Source of the DNA: an uncultured bacterium
GTDB lineage: Bacteria; Babelota; Babeliae; Babelales; Babelaceae
Assembly (NCBI GenBank): GCA_963824495.1
Contig: CAWGPQ010000011.1
Span: 1-64,000 of the forward strand
DNA: 64,000 nt
Direction: 5' to 3'
Each line of letters begins with the position of its first letter. The stretch's first letter is position 1. Shown here in pieces: positions 58,618-64,000 of the stretch. The translations under genes and the position numbers were made by a program. The notes under the pieces were generated by a model. The model did not search any database. It worked only from the letters and a program-made list of their open reading frames with translations, and was not told the origin of the DNA.

Positions 58618-58751
58618 TTTTGCCTCAAAAAGTAAAGTATATACGTAGTTGAGTGATTATGTATAGCACATAATGGTCATAAAGTAAACTCACTGTTTAT
58701 AGGCAAGAGCTATATATATGCTATACTATACATTATTAGTGAGATTAAACT

Positions 58752-60650
58752 ATGATACAGCTTAAAAATATATCATTATCGTATGGTGATCAGGATATCT
58801 TCAAAGATATTTCGTGTATCTTTAACGAGCAGCAGCATATTGGTGTTGTTGGGAGAAATGGTGCTGGTAAGTCAACATTGCTTAAGGCGATAGCAGGAGC
58901 TATTAATCTTGATGAGGGCAGTATTGCCCTTGAGCGTGGTAAAAAGATTGCTTTTATGCCGCAAGAGATTGTCTTGCTATCAGAACAATCAGTGTTTGAT
59001 GAAGCCTACTCGGCTTTTGCCGGTGTTATTGATGTAGAAAAAGAAAAAGATCAACTTGAGCAACTTTTATTGGCTGAACAACATGAGGCCGTCCCTCTCG
59101 ATGATGTAGTAGAACGATATGCTCTTGTGCAGGAACAACTTGCTCAACATGATACTATCGCCTATAAGAATCAGACTGAAAAAATACTTAAGGGCTTAGG
59201 CTTTACGCATGAGTCTTTTTCAAAAAAAGTTTCAGAGCTGAGTGTCGGCTGGAAAATGCGTATAGTGCTTGCTAAGTTGCTCTTATTGAGAGCTGACTTT
59301 TATCTCTTCGACGAGCCGACCAACCACCTTGATATTGTAAGCAAAGAATGGTTTTTTGACTTCTTAAAGAATACACGAGCCGGTTTCTTACTGGTAACTC
59401 ATGATCGTTATTATCTTGAACAAGCATGTGATTATATCTTTGCGCTTGAACGAGGCATTGGTAGACTCTATGTAGGCAATTTTGGTGCTTATATAGCATG
59501 CAAAGAGCATGAAGCAGCTGCACGACAAGCAGCATATGTACAGCAACAAAAAGAAATAAGCCGTAAGCAAGCAACAATTGAGCGGTTTCGGGCGTCAGCA
59601 ACAAAAGCACGCATGGCTCAATCTATGATTAAGCAATTGGACAAAATTGAGCTGATAGAGCCAGAACCAACTTTCCCATCGGCCACATTTAAATTTCCAG
59701 CCTCACCACGAGCTTGCTCAGTTGTTTTGAATTTTAACGATCTTGCTTGTAGTTTTAATGGCAGACGTGTCTTTGAAAAGATCTCTGGACGGATACAGAG
59801 AGAAGAGAAAGTAGCCCTTGTTGCTCCCAATGGCATGGGAAAGACTACCCTATTTAAACTTCTTGCTGGTAAATATCCGCTTACACATGGCTCTGTGCTA
59901 TTTGGCCATACTGTTTCATATGCTATTTTTGAGCAAGATCAAGTGGCTGCACTCAGTATGACCAATACCGTGCTTGAAGAAGTAGTCGGTGCGTGTCCTC
60001 AAGTTGACCAGATAACCATGCGTAAATTTTTAGGCTCTTTTCTATTCTCTGGCGATGATGTACATAAAAAAATTGAGGTGCTCAGTGGAGGTGAGCGAGG
60101 GAGAGTTGCACTTGTTAAATTATTGCTCCAGAAAGCTAATTTTCTCTTGCTTGATGAGCCAACGAATCACTTAGATATTTATGCTAAAGAGGTTTTGCTT
60201 CAAGCACTCCAACAGTATGACGGGACCCTTATGATCGTTTCGCATGATCACGATTTTATTCAAAGACTAGCAACTCGTATTGTAGAATTAACACCAACGG
60301 CACTTTATAGCTATCCAGGAACTTATGAATCATATCTCGCTCAAAAAAAGCATAGTGAAGATATACAGGCACATACAACTCAAGCTGCGCAGGCATCTAC
60401 TCAAGCTCCATCGAGCTCTCGCATCGACCACAAAGAGTCACAAGCACTCCGTAAAGAACTCACGTCGCTTGAAAAAAAAATAACTCGTCTCGAAAAAAAA
60501 ATTCAGGAAATCCATGAGCTTTTCACGCACTGTGCTTACGGTACGCCAGCATATACTGACGCTGTTACGCAACTCAGCGCTACGCAAAAAGACCTTGATA
60601 CTGCCTTAGAGCAGTGGGAAGCACTTGAGCGTGCTCGAAAATATTCTTGA
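58752..60650 (+). CDS. ABC-F family ATP-binding protein
   Basis: Two ABC cassettes (GRNGAGKST, APNGMGKTT, DEPTNHLD twice), no TM segments, C-terminal coiled coil. Confidence 0.93.
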   Translation: MIQLKNISLSYGDQDIFKDISCIFNEQQHIGVVGRNGAGKSTLLKAIAGAINLDEGSIALERGKKIAFMPQEIVLLSEQSVFDEAYSAFAGVIDVEKEKDQLEQLLLAEQHEAVPLDDVVERYALVQEQLAQHDTIAYKNQTEKILKGLGFTHESFSKKVSELSVGWKMRIVLAKLLLLRADFYLFDEPTNHLDIVSKEWFFDFLKNTRAGFLLVTHDRYYLEQACDYIFALERGIGRLYVGNFGAYIACKEHEAAARQAAYVQQQKEISRKQATIERFRASATKARMAQSMIKQLDKIELIEPEPTFPSATFKFPASPRACSVVLNFNDLACSFNGRRVFEKISGRIQREEKVALVAPNGMGKTTLFKLLAGKYPLTHGSVLFGHTVSYAIFEQDQVAALSMTNTVLEEVVGACPQVDQITMRKFLGSFLFSGDDVHKKIEVLSGGERGRVALVKLLLQKANFLLLDEPTNHLDIYAKEVLLQALQQYDGTLMIVSHDHDFIQRLATRIVELTPTALYSYPGTYESYLAQKKHSEDIQAHTTQAAQASTQAPSSSRIDHKESQALRKELTSLEKKITRLEKKIQEIHELFTHCAYGTPAYTDAVTQLSATQKDLDTALEQWEALERARKYS

Positions 60651-60781
60651 TATAGTTGCTTGTACATAAAAAAACTGTTGTTTATTTGTCCAATATTCGT
60701 ATAATGATTATCAATGACACCAAGAAATTACAGAACTGTTTTGGTGTAGTCATGAGGGATATAGAAGGGATACAGGTATTA

Positions 60782-61696
60782 ATGCTATTTCTTATTCTGC
60801 TTGTTAATGCCCTTTTTTCTGTAATATTTCCCTTAGGAAAAATTACGTTACAATATTGTCCTCCGTTCTTTATTATTGGCCTACGTATGTTACTTGGTGG
60901 AGCTCTATTGCTCTGCTATCAATATAGTTTTAGGCGCTCCCATTTTTATGTTCCAAAGCGCTATTGGTGGTCAATATTTCTGCTATCTCTTTTTAATATT
61001 TACCTACAAAATGCCTATGAATTCTGGGGCTTACAGTATATGTCATCAGCTAAGACAGCGTTTATTTATAATCTTGCGCCATTTTTTTCTGCTTTTTTTG
61101 CGTATCTTCATTTTGACGAACGAATGACCGTTAAAAAATGGAGTGGGCTTATTATAAGCTTTTTGGGTTTTATACCGATTATACTTTCAGGATCGGCAGA
61201 AGAAAAAGCTCTTAAGCACTATCTTTTTCTATCATCTGCTGAATGGGCACTGGTTGTTGCTACTATTGCTATGGTCTACGGTTGGATTATCATGCAAGAA
61301 GTTGTACGAAAAAGACACTATGATCCTATTATGGGTAATGGCTTAAGCATGGTCGGTGGGGGGATCATGTCTGTCATACACTCCTGGTTTGTTGAGCAGC
61401 CATGTCATATGCCAATGAGTAGCTGGGTTACTTTTTTAGGGTGGATAGTGCTTATTGTCGTAATATCAAATATCATTTGTTACACGTTATATGCTGAATT
61501 GCTTAAAAAGTATACGGCAACATTTTTAGCATTTACTGGATTAACGGGGCCGCTCTTTGCCGCATTCTATGATTGGATTCTTTTTGGTATTAGCGTCTCT
61601 CGGAATTTTTATGTAGCAACAGCACTGATAACGTTTGGATTATATCTTTTTTACAAGGAGGAGCTTAGGCAGGGACCTATACTTAAAAATCCATAA
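60782..61696 (+). CDS. DMT/EamA family transporter
   Basis: About 10 TM segments; PPF..IGLR and A.IYNLAPFF...FA...F.ER. Start uncertain. Confidence 0.88.
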   Translation: MLFLILLVNALFSVIFPLGKITLQYCPPFFIIGLRMLLGGALLLCYQYSFRRSHFYVPKRYWWSIFLLSLFNIYLQNAYEFWGLQYMSSAKTAFIYNLAPFFSAFFAYLHFDERMTVKKWSGLIISFLGFIPIILSGSAEEKALKHYLFLSSAEWALVVATIAMVYGWIIMQEVVRKRHYDPIMGNGLSMVGGGIMSVIHSWFVEQPCHMPMSSWVTFLGWIVLIVVISNIICYTLYAELLKKYTATFLAFTGLTGPLFAAFYDWILFGISVSRNFYVATALITFGLYLFYKEELRQGPILKNP

Positions 61697-61803
61697 TATA
61701 TATTTTTCTACTAATTACTAGGTAGTTGACAAGATTTTGCTTTCTGCTACTTTTTTAAACGTAGGGTTAGTTATAGACAACCACACAACTATAAGGAAAT
61801 GCT

Positions 61804-62652
61804 ATGAAGAGGATAGCTTTATTTGCGCTGAGTGCATTAATGGCAACATCAGCACTACAAGTTTCAGCATTACAAATTGCTGCAACTAACATTAACCCAC
61901 TTTTGCCATTCCGCGGGGCATATTGGAATCCAAATCAAAACCTAGAGGGTCGACGTCTTAAGAAGCAATTTGCGCGCCTTATTGATGAGGGCAAATTTAC
62001 TGACGCTTACGATCTACTCAAAGATCGCAAGTACAATGTTTTTGCAGCATCGGACTATGAAAAATTCAAGCGCGACTTGATATTAGAATTGGATTCTCTT
62101 GAGAATTCTATCTCTAATGTGAATAATGATTCTTGGTCCTATAAAATGCGCAACATTTCGTTTAGTGGTGCAGGAGTTGCAGCCCTTACTGCACTTTACC
62201 AAGCCTATCAAATAAAGAAGCTCATGAATACGCAGAAAAAGGTTTCAGCGGCAGATCTGAAAGATATGCATGCCCTAGGCTTGAACCCAGCTATCTTTAA
62301 TTTGCACACACTCAAGGCGCTTGGAGCTTTGTGGACTGCAGCAAATCTCGTTGATTATGGATGGGCCGGCTCATCACAAACAAGTGACTTAGAGAAAGAA
62401 AAGGTAACAATCCAGAAGTTGGTAGATCTATTAGATTTACGCCTTGCTCGATGGAATGTTGCTCCAAAGACAGCTAAAGTGGAACCTGTGCTGACAACTT
62501 CAGCTATCCCTACAGAATCAACTACTACTGTAAATGTAGCTGTAGAGACTAATGAAGAAGAAGGCGATATATATCAAGAAGAAGAAGAAGATGATGATGA
62601 TGATATTGTTGCCCCACAGGCACCATTTATTATACTGCCAATCAAGGCTTAA
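61804..62652 (+). CDS. Secreted/membrane hypothetical protein with acidic C-terminal tract
   Basis: AAGGA SD, signal peptide, two short hydrophobic patches and EEEEDDDDD. Confidence 0.75.
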   Translation: MKRIALFALSALMATSALQVSALQIAATNINPLLPFRGAYWNPNQNLEGRRLKKQFARLIDEGKFTDAYDLLKDRKYNVFAASDYEKFKRDLILELDSLENSISNVNNDSWSYKMRNISFSGAGVAALTALYQAYQIKKLMNTQKKVSAADLKDMHALGLNPAIFNLHTLKALGALWTAANLVDYGWAGSSQTSDLEKEKVTIQKLVDLLDLRLARWNVAPKTAKVEPVLTTSAIPTESTTTVNVAVETNEEEGDIYQEEEEDDDDDIVAPQAPFIILPIKA

Positions 62653-62685
62653 GTATTCTTGATACTTTTGCTCATAAGTAATTAT

Positions 62686-62719
62686 ATACCCCCATGACAT
62701 AAGTCATGGGGGTATTTTG
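62686..62719 (+). terminator. Intrinsic terminator
   Basis: Perfect 13-bp stem atacccccatgac/gtcatgggggtat with a 4-nt loop, followed by Ts. Confidence 0.85.
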
Positions 62720-62854
62720 TATCTTTACGAGTAAATTTTTCTATTTTAAATTATATTATTTTTACGAAATAGTTCTTGATATTTTTTAAACATTAAGTAT
62801 ATTTAAAAGAGTAAAACATCATACTCTACAATTTTTTACATAAAGGATTTACTT

Positions 62855-63514
62855 ATGATACAAACAAGCAAAATGCTTACGGTAGCATTACTCTGTGGTA
62901 GCTTGGCATGTCCAGCTTTGACCCAAGCGTGTCAGGGTGGGAGCAGGCATCGTGAGCAAGAACGCTCAATAGCATCTGCTTCACATTGTGCTTCAGGTTG
63001 TGGTAAAGCACGACGAAGCAGTACGCCAGAAGCGACCTCCCAAGAGAGTGATCAGGATGAGAAATGTCAAGGGTTTTGGGACAAAGTTAATCCTGTAAAG
63101 TGGTTTGGTTCTGATGAAGAAGAAGGCGCCAGTGAACACCATAAACGATGCAATAAGGCTCGCCGACGCTGCCATCGTGACATGAAACGCTGCCAGGGGA
63201 CTCGTGCTGCCACCCCGACATCAACAAGATACGCAACAAGATCTGGTAAAAAAACTACCGCTGTTGTAGAAAACGTACTTGAAGCTGATGGACAAGGGGA
63301 AGTTGTACAGCCTATCGGCAGTGATCAAGCAGCAAAAATCAGCACCATTATGCAAGCTGCTGAAAAACATACGCAGCTTAAGCAACAAGCACAAGATGCT
63401 GCTGAACCTCAAGAAACTGCTTCAAACACACGTAGCTCCGTACGCCGCTCTACACGCAGCTCTGCCAAAAAAGGCAAAAAAGACTGCCATTGGGAATGTC
63501 GTTGCGTGTGCTAA
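62855..63514 (+). CDS. Secreted Cys/Arg-rich low-complexity protein
   Basis: AAGGA SD, signal peptide, spaced Cys with basic tracts; ends CHWECRCVC. Confidence 0.78.
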   Translation: MIQTSKMLTVALLCGSLACPALTQACQGGSRHREQERSIASASHCASGCGKARRSSTPEATSQESDQDEKCQGFWDKVNPVKWFGSDEEEGASEHHKRCNKARRRCHRDMKRCQGTRAATPTSTRYATRSGKKTTAVVENVLEADGQGEVVQPIGSDQAAKISTIMQAAEKHTQLKQQAQDAAEPQETASNTRSSVRRSTRSSAKKGKKDCHWECRCVC

Positions 63515-63540
63515 ACAAGTATAAGCAATTATGATACTAC

Positions 63541-63573
63541 TACCGGTTGGGGCTATGCCCCCCCGGTATTTTT
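63541..63573. terminator. Probable intrinsic terminator between convergent genes
   Basis: taccgg-ttggggc-tat-gccccc-ccggta hairpin followed by a T-run. Confidence 0.7.
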
Positions 63574-63591
63574 GTTTTCTAAGATTTAGGG

Positions 63592-63939
63592 TTAGTGAAA
63601 TTTACGCCGCTCTTCTGGGGAGAGTTGTTCAAGTTCTTTATTGAGAAAATAGCTTAAAAATATTCGAATAACTACTAATCCTCCAAGAATTCCTAAATCA
63701 TAATAATCCGGTCTAACTATCGACTCCACGGCATCAGCTGCAACAATAAACTCAAGGCCTAAAATAATACCATAGCCTAATTGCAATCTTATCTGATTAA
63801 TAGTAAGAGCATTCTCTTTGCGATAGAAATAAGCAAGAATAACATGTGCTATTGCAACTAAAGCGCTGATAAGGATAACAAGTATGCCTGCAAAGGCGAT
63901 AGCCATGCGGATTAAGCTGATGGGCACTAACGTAGGCAT
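63592..63939 (-). CDS. DUF1622-like small membrane protein
   Basis: R..LG..I.LGLEF.VAAD...SI..P...DL..LG..V.IR..LSYFL..E. Confidence 0.85.
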   Translation of the reverse strand: MPTLVPISLIRMAIAFAGILVILISALVAIAHVILAYFYRKENALTINQIRLQLGYGIILGLEFIVAADAVESIVRPDYYDLGILGGLVVIRIFLSYFLNKELEQLSPEERRKFH

Positions 63940-63948
63940 AGAAGAGTC

Positions 63949-64000
63949 TTAATAGCTACCGGTTGCATCAGGCTTTTCGCTATCGACCATTTCGCGTAGC
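63949..64000 (-). CDS. 3' end of an unidentified gene entering from the right edge
   Basis: Open frame ...LREMVDSEKPDATGSY* ending 10 nt before the next start. Confidence 0.45.
   Translation of the reverse strand, partial: LREMVDSEKPDATGSY

Overview
This is a bacterial chromosomal segment with no phage, IS or CRISPR features that I can see. Housekeeping genes include dsbD, tRNA-Ala, cca, a tolQRAB-like set, ftsH, suhB, rpmB, rpsT, mrdA, nth, thrS, hspR-htpX, ychF, dnaK, carD-miaA, recA, infC-rpmI-rplT, zapB-zapA-6S-rny-ymdB, an ABC-F and an EamA transporter. They are interleaved with many AT-rich accessory genes carrying N-terminal signal peptides: ankyrin, coiled-coil and Cys-rich proteins. 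This style suggests an intracellular parasite of protists such as Ca. Dependentiae/Babelota (inference). Main observations: (1) a translationally coupled operon of three tiny secreted Cys-containing peptides, two of them absent from the ORF track, converging on an Arg/Thr-rich histone/protamine-like gene; (2) three tandem secreted coiled-coil paralogs next to dnaK, two with a degenerate J-domain (HPD->HPT); (3) secreted ankyrin proteins with C-terminal F-box-like motifs; (4) an HspR operator (HAIR) upstream of dnaK; (5) a repeat-protein gene bracketed by a decayed duplicate of the ymdB 3' end; (6) nested palindromic REP-like elements after tRNA-Ala; (7) two single-base homopolymer frameshifts in accessory genes. 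All family calls come from motif recognition by eye, not database searches.
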